Positions 20,688 to 29,321 of a stretch of 64,000 nucleotides of DNA are shown in pieces. This DNA is from an uncultured virus (IMG/VR IMGVR_UViG_3300011337_000167) (Duplodnaviria > Heunggongvirae > Uroviricota > Caudoviricetes), in IMG/VR virus record IMGVR_UViG_3300011337_000167; one strand, 5' to 3'. Under the pieces are notes generated by a model. The model was not told where the DNA came from and searched no databases. It worked only from the letters and a program-made list of their open reading frames with translations. Each line of letters opens with the position of its first letter. Within the stretch, counting starts at the first letter, position 1. The position numbers and the translations under genes were made by a program.

Positions 20688-20956
20688 TAGCCCATCTTCC
20701 CACTAGACATTCTGCCTTTAGTTGCAGCACCAGCACCACGCATCTCAATCTTGCCGTACTGATCTACAGGCTTGCCATTACCTTTACTAATCCCGTCAAC
20801 TGAGATATTCATAGTCGCCATTTCTTGTGCGCCAGTCATACCTTTAGAAGTTAACCCCTTAGCAGAGATTGTTTTGCCCTTCATGGTATGGGGAGGAGCA
20901 TAGACTTTAGCCTCTCCAACTTCTTTACCCATTACTTTTTTAGAATAATTAGCCAT
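20687..20956 (-). CDS. Small Lys/Gly-rich protein
   Basis: Coupled ORF, RGAGAATKG motif. Confidence 0.6.
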   Translation of the reverse strand: MANYSKKVMGKEVGEAKVYAPPHTMKGKTISAKGLTSKGMTGAQEMATMNISVDGISKGNGKPVDQYGKIEMRGAGAATKGRMSSGKMG

Positions 20957-21159
20957 TATCGACCTCTTCCAGCGGTTTTCCGCATACCTTGATTAGCAAC
21001 ACGGGCTAAGTTACGGCCCATTTTTTTCATAGCCATAGAGCTAACGCCATGTTTAGCGGTTTTAGCCTTCATACCTAGAACTTTAGGACCATCATTACCT
21101 AGATTTGTACCTTCGGTCTTGCCTTTTTTAGCAATCCCATCTGCGTCTTTCTTAAACAT
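20956..21159 (-). CDS. Small basic protein
   Basis: RBS AGGAG; ADGIAKKGKT motif. Confidence 0.6.
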   Translation of the reverse strand: MFKKDADGIAKKGKTEGTNLGNDGPKVLGMKAKTAKHGVSSMAMKKMGRNLARVANQGMRKTAGRGR

Positions 21160-21169
21160 TTTTAACTCC

Positions 21170-21598
21170 TTAAGTTGTCGTTACCGTTACATTACCTACT
21201 TGCCCTTGTGAAATCAAGTAATTTGGTGTTAAACCATCATCATCTGCTCTTGACCCCCCAACAGGGTTCCAACTCCACTGAAATACTCTACTACCGCCTT
21301 CTGGATACCCAACACCCTGTAAGGTGGGAGCATTTGTTTCATTAATCTGTAAACCGCTATTGCCAGACTGCAAATAACTAACATCAGGTCTTGGCTCTCG
21401 TACCGCTTGTGGATCATTTACTGGATACAAACCTAACGACAACTGAGGCTGATCTGGATCCCAACAGCTAGGGCAAACCTTAATGTTCTTTATTTGTTGT
21501 TTAATAACTAGCTTTCTAAGCTCCTTTAACTTGTACCGCTGACCGCATCGGTCGCATTCGGCAATTGCAAATTTGCCACTACTAAATTTATTAGGCAT
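21170..21598 (-). CDS. Zn-binding head completion-like protein
   Basis: CDRCG and CPSCWD, PQAVREPRPD. Confidence 0.55.
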   Translation of the reverse strand: MPNKFSSGKFAIAECDRCGQRYKLKELRKLVIKQQIKNIKVCPSCWDPDQPQLSLGLYPVNDPQAVREPRPDVSYLQSGNSGLQINETNAPTLQGVGYPEGGSRVFQWSWNPVGGSRADDDGLTPNYLISQGQVGNVTVTTT

Positions 21599-22527
21599 TA
21601 TGAATAGAACGTATTACGAGGAACAAAACGAATAGCGGCCTTCTCCCTATCTTCGTCCGCAGCCAATTGAAACTGTTGTTCGTACTCTGTTTTAAGCATA
21701 GGGATCCGTCCAGGATCAACGCCAGGCAGCTTACTGCTTAAGTAATATGCCAATCCAGCCACCATACAAGGGATAAAACGGAACGGAATATCCTGTGTGC
21801 GCACACCCGTACCGCCGTCTTGAATACGACGCATACGGTAATAAACTAAAGTAAATTGGTTGCCTGGTGGGTTAGGGGTAGGCCAAACATTAATAGAAGG
21901 AAGTTGATTGTTAAACACACTTGCCGCTGTTGAATGAGACGCAGCTGTGGTGCCGTTCTGACCACGCCAAGCGTTAAGTATTTGATTTCCAACAATATTT
22001 TGATAACCAATGGTCTCGTTGTCAATATTGATAAAACCTTGAGTTGGAAGATTAGCAGCATTCGCTAGGGTAATTGTGGTGTCAGAAGCGTTAATCCCAC
22101 CGTTTAAAGTTGTTTGGGCAACGGAAGAACTACCCCCACTCTGGCGATTAACCCACATCTGAATAGGACGTCCGTTGGTATTCTTATTTGGGATCGTAAT
22201 ATAAGTAGACTCACTAATACGGCTTAAATTGATGTCAATTTGATTAGACTGGCTACCGTTATTTGTACGAGTTACAGCATCTAAAATATCAATTGTATCC
22301 ACAGGCAAGGCATAAATAGCCTGATTTGTGTTCATAACAATTTGGCCCTGCTCAACCGTCCACAAGTTAATGCCACGGTTTGCCCACTCAATAGTAAGCA
22401 AGTTCAAAGACCGTCGTGCAGTCCTAAAGTCATAGCCAGATCGAACTTCTAAACCACAACGCTCAAACGCCTCCTCAATGAGGTCGTTCATGTCTAGATT
22501 AAAAGCTGTGGTACCTGTAGTAGTCAT
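21598..22527 (-). CDS. Head-tail connector protein
   Basis: IEEAFERCG..ARRSLNLL..WANRGINLW, VWPTP, GLAYYL. Confidence 0.6.
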   Translation of the reverse strand: MTTTGTTAFNLDMNDLIEEAFERCGLEVRSGYDFRTARRSLNLLTIEWANRGINLWTVEQGQIVMNTNQAIYALPVDTIDILDAVTRTNNGSQSNQIDINLSRISESTYITIPNKNTNGRPIQMWVNRQSGGSSSVAQTTLNGGINASDTTITLANAANLPTQGFINIDNETIGYQNIVGNQILNAWRGQNGTTAASHSTAASVFNNQLPSINVWPTPNPPGNQFTLVYYRMRRIQDGGTGVRTQDIPFRFIPCMVAGLAYYLSSKLPGVDPGRIPMLKTEYEQQFQLAADEDREKAAIRFVPRNTFYS

Positions 22528-22871
22528 ATCTTCCTATACGGTTTTACTTTTGCTTTTACTGTTTTTGGCTGGGGCACGAACTGTTTTCCCTGTGCTTTTC
22601 CTTGCCGTTTTGCCCGTGTTGTTGCTGCGTACTCTTGTGGGCTTAACGCTTGTATTGCTCTTTTTGGCAGGTATCGCTCCCCCGTCTCGGACGACTTCTT
22701 CCCTGACTTGGTTGTCCACTCTTGGTCGCCCCAAGCTTTTAAAGAACGTTGCGATGCGGCTAAACCACCCCCCGCCATCTTCTTCTTTTTGCTGGCGCAA
22801 TGGGCTTTCTCCGAGAACCCCTTTGGACTCTCGCAGTTGATCGACTTTTTGCGCTTGTCTGACCATTTCAC
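22524..22871 (-). CDS. Small basic protein
   Basis: Coupled ORF. Confidence 0.6.
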   Translation of the reverse strand: MKWSDKRKKSINCESPKGFSEKAHCASKKKKMAGGGLAASQRSLKAWGDQEWTTKSGKKSSETGERYLPKRAIQALSPQEYAATTRAKRQGKAQGKQFVPQPKTVKAKVKPYRKI

Positions 22872-23140
22872 TTGTAGCCCCCGCCTTTTTCTTTATAGCG
22901 TTTAGCTAAAAGTTGAGCTTTCCGAGCAGACCATTGACCCGCTGCTGTACCATGCGTAGCCGATGCTTTAATACGATTAAATAAAGCCTTACGCATACCA
23001 GGTTTCGTATAGTTACCAGCTTTGTTAACCGTACCGCCCTCTTTATATTGTGTAAAGTCCGTATCATCTCTGCGAGCTTTTTTCTTACCACCAGGTATTT
23101 TAGAAGGATTAATGGCACCCATGCCACGACTTGGTCTCAT
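22868..23140 (-). CDS. Small basic protein
   Basis: GQWSARKAQ motif. Confidence 0.6.
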   Translation of the reverse strand: MRPSRGMGAINPSKIPGGKKKARRDDTDFTQYKEGGTVNKAGNYTKPGMRKALFNRIKASATHGTAAGQWSARKAQLLAKRYKEKGGGYK

Positions 23141-23502
23141 GCTCTAGTCCTTCCTCTAATTGCAATACCATCAGCCCGTTTAGAAGCACTAACTTTACCG
23201 CCAGCTTTAAACGGCTTGTCTAAACCCTTCATACCACTAAAATCTCCACCGCCAGGACTGCCAGTAGGCTTAGATAGTCTGCCCATATCTTGCAGTCTTT
23301 CAGCATAGGTGCGTGGGCTTTCAGCTTTAACTTTTGCCTTGTGCTCTTCTGCCATTTTACTTGCTTCAGCCTTAGCCCGATTCGATTTAGCTTTTTCTAA
23401 ATCTGCGTCAAACTGACCAGGACCATGCTTTGGCTTGGCTGGATACTTCTCCTGCCCATCACCGCTAGTCTTTTTAGAAGGATCTACAGGCTCAATTGGC
23501 AT
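23137..23502 (-). CDS. Small basic protein
   Basis: SASKRADGIAIRGRT C-terminus. Confidence 0.6.
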   Translation of the reverse strand: MPIEPVDPSKKTSGDGQEKYPAKPKHGPGQFDADLEKAKSNRAKAEASKMAEEHKAKVKAESPRTYAERLQDMGRLSKPTGSPGGGDFSGMKGLDKPFKAGGKVSASKRADGIAIRGRTRA

Positions 23503-23928
23503 TTAGCAAGCCTTGCCGCCTGATTTCATCTTAATCATTGTGCCTTTGGTTTTACCTTTAACTTCAATACCGCCACCTTTTGCCATATTGTGCATACGCT
23601 TCTCATGGCCTTTGACAGCCTTGGCAGCTACCGTTTTCATCATTGGCTTATCTTTGGCAATGTCTGAATGCGCCATACCGCCGTGTTTCATGCCTTTTTT
23701 GGCAGGAATAACTCCTTTAGCCATAAGAACGTCAGCTTTAGTTACTTTGCCGTCTTTGTTTTTATCTGGAAATTTTTTCATGGTACCGCCTTCCTTAAAA
23801 GTTTTGCCTTTATCGGCTTTGTTAAACTCCCGCCCCACGGACTGTGGGATCCCAACCTTCTTGGCAAACGCAGGATTATTTGCGACTGCCGCCATCAAAT
23901 TGTGTTGCTTCTTGCTAGTACTAGGCAT
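23503..23928 (-). CDS. Small basic protein
   Basis: MPSTSKKQH start, DKNKDGKVT EF-hand-like loop. Confidence 0.6.
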   Translation of the reverse strand: MPSTSKKQHNLMAAVANNPAFAKKVGIPQSVGREFNKADKGKTFKEGGTMKKFPDKNKDGKVTKADVLMAKGVIPAKKGMKHGGMAHSDIAKDKPMMKTVAAKAVKGHEKRMHNMAKGGGIEVKGKTKGTMIKMKSGGKAC

Positions 23929-24163
23929 TTATTTTGCCTTGAATAAGTTGGTCAATTTTGCTTTCAAGCTTGTTAAAGCGCTGGTCAATGTGCTGCATAA
24001 TGCGATCAACTTCTGCTTGAGTAACGTTATCACGAGCTACCTCCTCACGAGTTTTATTTAATAGGATGTTAAGACGCTGTATTTCCGAAGCCTTATCATG
24101 CCCAATATAGGCAAGAACACCAAGTAAAGCGGTTAGCACTATATTCCACAGCATCATTTCCAT
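23921..24163 (-). CDS. Small membrane/coiled-coil protein
   Basis: N-terminal TM, LNKTREE. Confidence 0.55.
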   Translation of the reverse strand: MEMMLWNIVLTALLGVLAYIGHDKASEIQRLNILLNKTREEVARDNVTQAEVDRIMQHIDQRFNKLESKIDQLIQGKINA

Positions 24164-24387
24164 TACACTATCCGCCCTTTAGTCTTGCCTTTAATAGCAC
24201 AACCATCGGCACGTTTAGAAGCTGAACCGACCATACCGCCTTTGGCTTTTTTAACAGGTTCAGGTTTTGGTTCTTTCTTTTTCTCAGGTCCAAAAATTTT
24301 GTCCCGTAGCTTAACCATGGGGTTAGCTTCGTTTTCTTCCCGCTCAAGGCGATCTACCATTTCTTGTGGCAACTCATCTTTTTTCAT
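24163..24387 (-). CDS. Small basic protein
   Basis: SASKRADGCAIKGKTKG C-terminus. Confidence 0.6.
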   Translation of the reverse strand: MKKDELPQEMVDRLEREENEANPMVKLRDKIFGPEKKKEPKPEPVKKAKGGMVGSASKRADGCAIKGKTKGRIV

Positions 24388-24704
24388 ACCATCTTCCCTT
24401 TAGTTTTGCCACGTACTTCACAGCCACCACCACGCACGGCTCCGCCTTCTTTGCAGTTCCAAGCCCGTAGGGACTTGTTGATGCGGCTATCTGGATCGTT
24501 AGCAGTTTTAGCTGAAGTTAATTTACGCTTCATACCCTTCATGCGGGCGCAGAACGAATCCCGTCTTGAACCACCCTCTGGCTGTGGACGCTTAAGTCCA
24601 GGCTTGCCAGGATTGGCTGCATTGTAGGAAGCCCTGCCCTTGGCGTTTAAACCACCAGCAGGGTTCTTACCTTCTTTGCGAGTCCAAGCAGGAGTCTTAG
24701 CCAT
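24384..24704 (-). CDS. Small basic protein
   Basis: SFCARM..SLRAWNC motif; start MAKTPAW. Confidence 0.65.
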   Translation of the reverse strand: MAKTPAWTRKEGKNPAGGLNAKGRASYNAANPGKPGLKRPQPEGGSRRDSFCARMKGMKRKLTSAKTANDPDSRINKSLRAWNCKEGGAVRGGGCEVRGKTKGKMV

Positions 24705-25011
24705 AAAATACAACAACCGATGAAGTGGTTGTTACAGTTCCATGCAAATCGGTCTCAACTAAAATACCTTCGCCTGGAATAATGACGCTATATGCGCCAG
24801 CATTTGCCACGGCTGGTGTATTTAAAGTTAAAAGGATTGGTCCACCGCTACCACCGTCTCTAAATACGACAGAACCCGCAGTAGCCCCTGGTATTACATA
24901 GAGGCTTTTTATACGGATACGTCCTAAATTTTGAGGGCTTCCAGCATTATTGGTAACTTGTCCAGTCGCAGTTAGCGGTGCTGACGCTTGTACATCTGAT
25001 TGCATACCCAT
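24697..25011 (-). CDS. Virion structural protein
   Basis: IPGEGIL..VVFYG motif. Confidence 0.55.
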   Translation of the reverse strand: MGMQSDVQASAPLTATGQVTNNAGSPQNLGRIRIKSLYVIPGATAGSVVFRDGGSGGPILLTLNTPAVANAGAYSVIIPGEGILVETDLHGTVTTTSSVVVFYG

Positions 25012-25043
25012 AATTAATCTCCTATATTAGGGTTAACCCTTAA

Positions 25044-25583
25044 TTAAGAAGTAGCAAATGGTGTTGCAACAGTGCCTGAACCTAGTACTGTACCTGTAAC
25101 CATGTACTTGTTTGCAGCAATCGCAACAATTTTTACACAAGTACCAGCGACTCCGCCAGTGGTTGTCCCGTTTAAGTTAATAAAGTCGTCACTTGCGCCA
25201 GCTACAAAACCTACGGCTGCACCAGAAGTGTCGGTGTCAATGGACAATACAGAGCCTACATACTTGTCTGTGCCGTCAGTGCCGATCTTTAGTGATGAAG
25301 TAGCGATTGTGGTTGGAACCCAGATGGTATATACAACACCTTGATTATTGGCGGTGCTTGGATCTTGACCAGGACCAGAAGTGGTTGGGTTTGTAGATAC
25401 GTTAATAGCAGGTAGGGTTAGGGTTAAAGTAGCCGCTAAAGTACCACCTACAGAAATAATACGTCCACCGTGAGCCTCTGGGCTTAGGGTAGTGTCAGCT
25501 GTAATTGCAACAACAGATGCTGGACCTAGTTGATAAATGCCGCCCAATGAACGAATTGGACCTTGGAATGTGGATCGTGCCAT
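25044..25583 (-). CDS. Capsid-associated fibre/decoration protein
   Basis: MARSTFQGPIRS start, directly downstream of capsid gene. Confidence 0.5.
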   Translation of the reverse strand: MARSTFQGPIRSLGGIYQLGPASVVAITADTTLSPEAHGGRIISVGGTLAATLTLTLPAINVSTNPTTSGPGQDPSTANNQGVVYTIWVPTTIATSSLKIGTDGTDKYVGSVLSIDTDTSGAAVGFVAGASDDFINLNGTTTGGVAGTCVKIVAIAANKYMVTGTVLGSGTVATPFATS

Positions 25584-25589
25584 GATAAT

Positions 25590-25662
25590 TCTCCATACAA
25601 AGTTAGCTTATTAATCGTGTATGCGTCTGCTGGGGCAGTTTAATAAGCGTGTTTCCCAGTTT
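25590..25662 (-). ncRNA. Candidate structured RNA downstream of gpT-like capsid gene (Mu-gpT-DE-like)
   Basis: 9-bp stem 25606-14/25640-48 plus two pseudoknot pairings; location matches the Mu-gpT-DE motif class. Confidence 0.5.
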
Positions 25663-25686
25663 CAATAATCTTACTACAAACAAATT

Positions 25687-25713
25687 AAAAAAGGGGAGTT
25701 TTTGGCTCCCCTC
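25687..25713 (-). terminator. Rho-independent terminator after capsid gene
   Basis: AGGGGAG/CTCCCCT stem followed by T run on minus strand. Confidence 0.7.
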
Positions 25714-25717
25714 TTCT

Positions 25718-26629
25718 TTATGCGCCTTGCGAACCCCACATTCCTAGTGGATCCGAGAATCCGAAGGAATAACGCTCACGAGACTTGTAACGGACGTTAC
25801 CAGTATCAAAGTCACCGTCCATGCTGTTGCTCAAAGGAGTACGAACAAAATGCTTCATACCATTAGGAACATCAGTACAGAGGAAGTAAGCATTGGAATC
25901 GGTCAGGTAGTTATTAACTGTATAACCTTCTGGGATCGAACCATTGTTTACGATGGCGTTGATATCGTTGTCAGTTGTACCAACACGCAATTGAGTTTCG
26001 AGCAAACGAGTTGCAACGAACTGTAGTGCAGGTGGAACAATTAACTTACGTGGTTTAGCAGCGATTAACAAGCCACGCTCGTCTGTCCAAGCAGCGATCT
26101 GAATAACTGCGGCTTCCAAAGAAGTCTCATTCAAATCAGCCATTGTGGACTGAGTATTGCTGTTAGTGCCACCAGAAACCAATGGATGTGCGGTGCTAAA
26201 TAAAGCCACACCGTCACCACCAGCATATACGCCAGCAGAGAAACCGTTGTTTAGAACGGAAGCTGCCTTAGTTTGCTTGGTGTATGCCATAGCACGAGCC
26301 AAAGCCTTGGTATAACGAGCGGATAAGCTGTCATACAAGTTGTCCTCGATTGCCTCTTCCGTTAGGGAGAAGCCAAGGGCGATGGTCTCATGGTTATAGC
26401 GAGCTGTGAAAGCCTCTTGTGCATTGTCATAAGCGATGGCAGAACCTTCGTTTTTGACTGGTGCAGCGGAGAAGCCAGACAGTTTTGTTTCTTCTTCGAA
26501 CGAACGCTCAGAGGTCTCAGTTTCATAGATCTCTTTATGTTGTTCACCATACGTTGCGTACTCTAAGCCAAACAAAGCGTTTAAGCCTGGAAGCAACTCT
26601 TTCAGTAGTTGTGCACGTGAAATAGCCAT
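25718..26629 (-). CDS. Major capsid protein (Mu gpT-like)
   Basis: MAISRAQLLKELLPGLNALFG, GGDGVALF, RYKSRERYSFG. Confidence 0.85.
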   Translation of the reverse strand: MAISRAQLLKELLPGLNALFGLEYATYGEQHKEIYETETSERSFEEETKLSGFSAAPVKNEGSAIAYDNAQEAFTARYNHETIALGFSLTEEAIEDNLYDSLSARYTKALARAMAYTKQTKAASVLNNGFSAGVYAGGDGVALFSTAHPLVSGGTNSNTQSTMADLNETSLEAAVIQIAAWTDERGLLIAAKPRKLIVPPALQFVATRLLETQLRVGTTDNDINAIVNNGSIPEGYTVNNYLTDSNAYFLCTDVPNGMKHFVRTPLSNSMDGDFDTGNVRYKSRERYSFGFSDPLGMWGSQGA

Positions 26630-26641
26630 TTTCTAAGCTCC

Positions 26642-27250
26642 TTATACGCCAGTTGAGTTGTTGTACTGGTGCATAGTCGCATTTATCTTAACGATAAACT
26701 CAACGAATGTATCAGTGCCAGTTGCAGTCTCTCTAACCACATCAATAATACGAATAGGTAGAGTATTAGTAGTAGCTTGTGTTCCTTCATCAATCGCAAC
26801 TTTGGAGTTACCAGTAGTGGTAGAACCAGCGTTTTGAATTAGAGCAATGTTGTTACCGATGGCAGAAATGCCCATGCCAGCAACAGTTGTTCCTGAAGAA
26901 CAAGAAACTACTTGGAACAGCGTATCAGGATCGTCTGCAACCACGGCAAAAATCTTGGTTCCAGATTTGATTGACTGACTTGCTGGGTAAAACTGCTGTT
27001 GTTGTACTTGACCAGTAGAACTATTGGTGAAACTAACACCTAAAAACACACCGCAAGGCGTGGCAGTAGTTGTGCCAGTGTCTTTCTCAATTGTTCCATC
27101 GGAAATACGTTTTACTAAATCACCATAAAAAATGTTTGTAGCATAGCCACTTGCAATTTCCATTTGACGAGTTGCTCCCGCAAAGACTTGTCCGCCAATT
27201 AAATTAACGGGTCTTAGTCCATACGGTGCGTCTACGGTTGGATAAGCCAT
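26642..27250 (-). CDS. Putative capsid decoration/minor capsid protein
   Basis: PYGLRPV, IFYGDLV, DDPD motifs, upstream of capsid. Confidence 0.55.
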   Translation of the reverse strand: MAYPTVDAPYGLRPVNLIGGQVFAGATRQMEIASGYATNIFYGDLVKRISDGTIEKDTGTTTATPCGVFLGVSFTNSSTGQVQQQQFYPASQSIKSGTKIFAVVADDPDTLFQVVSCSSGTTVAGMGISAIGNNIALIQNAGSTTTGNSKVAIDEGTQATTNTLPIRIIDVVRETATGTDTFVEFIVKINATMHQYNNSTGV

Positions 27251-27269
27251 ATTAAGCTCCTAAATAAAA

Positions 27270-27716
27270 TTAACCTTTACCAAAAGTTGTCGTGGACTTG
27301 CTCTCTTTAAAGAGCGGCATCCTTGGGTCACTTTGGCGCATAAGGCTACTGTCTACAGCTTCCATCTGATTTTCTGTTTGCTTTTGGTAATGTGCATTAC
27401 GTTGAGCAACAAACTCTTCTGGAGTCTTGCAAAGCAATAACCCGCCAATCTCAATATTGTCCTTAAAGCGACTATTGGGATCAACTAGCAGTTGAAACTT
27501 GGGTTGTTCTTCTAACGCTACAGGCTCCCAACCTTCTCTTAGTTTCCCAGAGAGATTGCGAGGGTCCGCCTGATTCAACGTTGAAGTACGAATCCATCTA
27601 TACGCATACCCAGCCTGTTTGTCAGGCTCAGGGAGCAATTCTGCTGGCGCCCACTGCTTTGGACGTTCGCTTGTTGCACGGGTATCTAGTTCGCGAGCAA
27701 GTTTATTTGTAGTCAT
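27270..27716 (-). CDS. Conserved head-module protein
   Basis: YRWIR..EGWEPV..GGLLLCK. Confidence 0.6.
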   Translation of the reverse strand: MTTNKLARELDTRATSERPKQWAPAELLPEPDKQAGYAYRWIRTSTLNQADPRNLSGKLREGWEPVALEEQPKFQLLVDPNSRFKDNIEIGGLLLCKTPEEFVAQRNAHYQKQTENQMEAVDSSLMRQSDPRMPLFKESKSTTTFGKG

Positions 27717-27717
27717 G

Positions 27718-28713
27718 TTAAGCCTCCAGTTTTTGCATTTCACGAGCATATTGCTCAGGGGTCAAACCAAGTTTTTTGGCAATAGCCACTTGACTTGCTT
27801 TTAGCACAATTCTTTTTGACGCCGTGCTACGCGTTGCTGGTGCAACTACTGGTGCTGATCTACTTTCATTGCGCTGACTGGGCTTGTCGCCCCCAACCTG
27901 CGTTTCTACTTCTAATTCGTCCGAAAAATTTTCGGGAAATCGTTTGCGCATAGTGCTATCTATACGTTTGAAATACTCTTCGGTACCAATATAACCTTTA
28001 CCAAATTCTTTTTCAAGCTTTGCATGCGTACCCAAAGCCAAGGCAGTCATCTCTTCATCAGGCCCATACCAAGAGTTTTTATCAAGCCACTTAGCAGTTA
28101 ACGGGTCGATCTTCGGACTTTCTTGAGTCTGAGTCGTTTGTTGTGCTATTTGTACATCATCTTCTTGAATTTGTAAAGAAGGTTTAAAGTTTTTAGCTCT
28201 GTCTTGTTTTAAGCTAGCTTCTGTTAATTTTTGCTGAGCTTCAACAATTCGATCTGTATCTCCCGAGTCATATGCGTCACGATAGACTCGTTTTGCCATT
28301 TCTAACTCTGTGTCAGCAGCATTTTGTACAGTTTCAATATAAGTTTTTTCGCCATCACTATATTGTTTCTTAAGTCTTTGATTTTCTTGAGAAATTTGTT
28401 GTGCAAATCGAATTGCCTCTTCTTTTTCTCTTTCTGCTGCCTCTTTAACACGACGCTCATCATGCCAAGCTTTTTTCATTTGCTCAAGACGCATTTTTAC
28501 CTTATTGGAATACTCCATAAGGTTGTCATCATCAAGTTCTTTTTTTATTTCGTCAGGCAACGGTTTAGCTTGCCTATCTTCTACTGGAGTATCGTCCTCA
28601 ATTTCTACAGCAAATTCTTCAGTTTCTGCTGTTTTTGCTTCTGTATCTAAGGGTTTACCCTTATCTTCTGCTTCGTGAGGAAATTTAAAGTCATCTTTTT
28701 GAATTTCAGCCAT
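27718..28713 (-). CDS. Putative scaffolding protein
   Basis: Acidic coiled coil, C-terminal AKKLGLTPEQYA, between portal and capsid. Confidence 0.65.
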   Translation of the reverse strand: MAEIQKDDFKFPHEAEDKGKPLDTEAKTAETEEFAVEIEDDTPVEDRQAKPLPDEIKKELDDDNLMEYSNKVKMRLEQMKKAWHDERRVKEAAEREKEEAIRFAQQISQENQRLKKQYSDGEKTYIETVQNAADTELEMAKRVYRDAYDSGDTDRIVEAQQKLTEASLKQDRAKNFKPSLQIQEDDVQIAQQTTQTQESPKIDPLTAKWLDKNSWYGPDEEMTALALGTHAKLEKEFGKGYIGTEEYFKRIDSTMRKRFPENFSDELEVETQVGGDKPSQRNESRSAPVVAPATRSTASKRIVLKASQVAIAKKLGLTPEQYAREMQKLEA

Positions 28714-28723
28714 GTTTTATCTC

Positions 28724-29134
28724 CTAAACAAATTTACGTTTAATACCACGAGGATCTTGGACTACAGCCTCAACAGAGTCATCATTAATAATACGAAACT
28801 CACGGTCATGGATAACTAATCTTGTACCAGCATTAGGACGCACCAAAATAAAATCGCCTTTTTTGCACCAAGGCCCATTAGGAAACCTTGTTTTATCTTG
28901 ATAACAATCTGGACCCATATCAACTACAAATAAAACCGTAGTTAATAATTCGTCATGTCGACGGGTTTCATCAGCTTTAATAAGACCGCTGTCAAAAGCT
29001 TCTTCAGCCTCTGGAATTGCGCAAAGTATCCTATACCCTTGAGGTATAGGGAGTTGTTTGGCTTTTTCTTCTGCTTCTTTATGCAAAACTGTACTTAAAT
29101 CTACTGCTTTTTCCAAATCAATGACGTTAGTCAT
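28724..29134 (-). CDS. groES: GroES-like co-chaperonin
   Basis: PQGYRIL, VDMGPD, KKGDFIL, RIINDDSVEAVV. Confidence 0.75.
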   Translation of the reverse strand: MTNVIDLEKAVDLSTVLHKEAEEKAKQLPIPQGYRILCAIPEAEEAFDSGLIKADETRRHDELLTTVLFVVDMGPDCYQDKTRFPNGPWCKKGDFILVRPNAGTRLVIHDREFRIINDDSVEAVVQDPRGIKRKFV

Positions 29135-29321
29135 CAGCGTTCTCCAGATTTTTTGCGAGGTCTAGTAAATATGACTCAGCAGTAAGAAGGCCTCGTATCT
29201 CACCACAAAGTGCGCGATATTCTGCGTAATCCTTAGCTGCGCCACTGGAAACGGCTTCAGCTATTTGGTTGCGCTTATCTCTGTACTGTTTAAGCAGTAC
29301 CTCAAGCGTTTTGTCCATCAA
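29127..29321 (-). CDS. Small conserved protein after portal
   Basis: YRALCGEIRGL motif. Confidence 0.6.
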   Translation of the reverse strand: MMDKTLEVLLKQYRDKRNQIAEAVSSGAAKDYAEYRALCGEIRGLLTAESYLLDLAKNLENADD

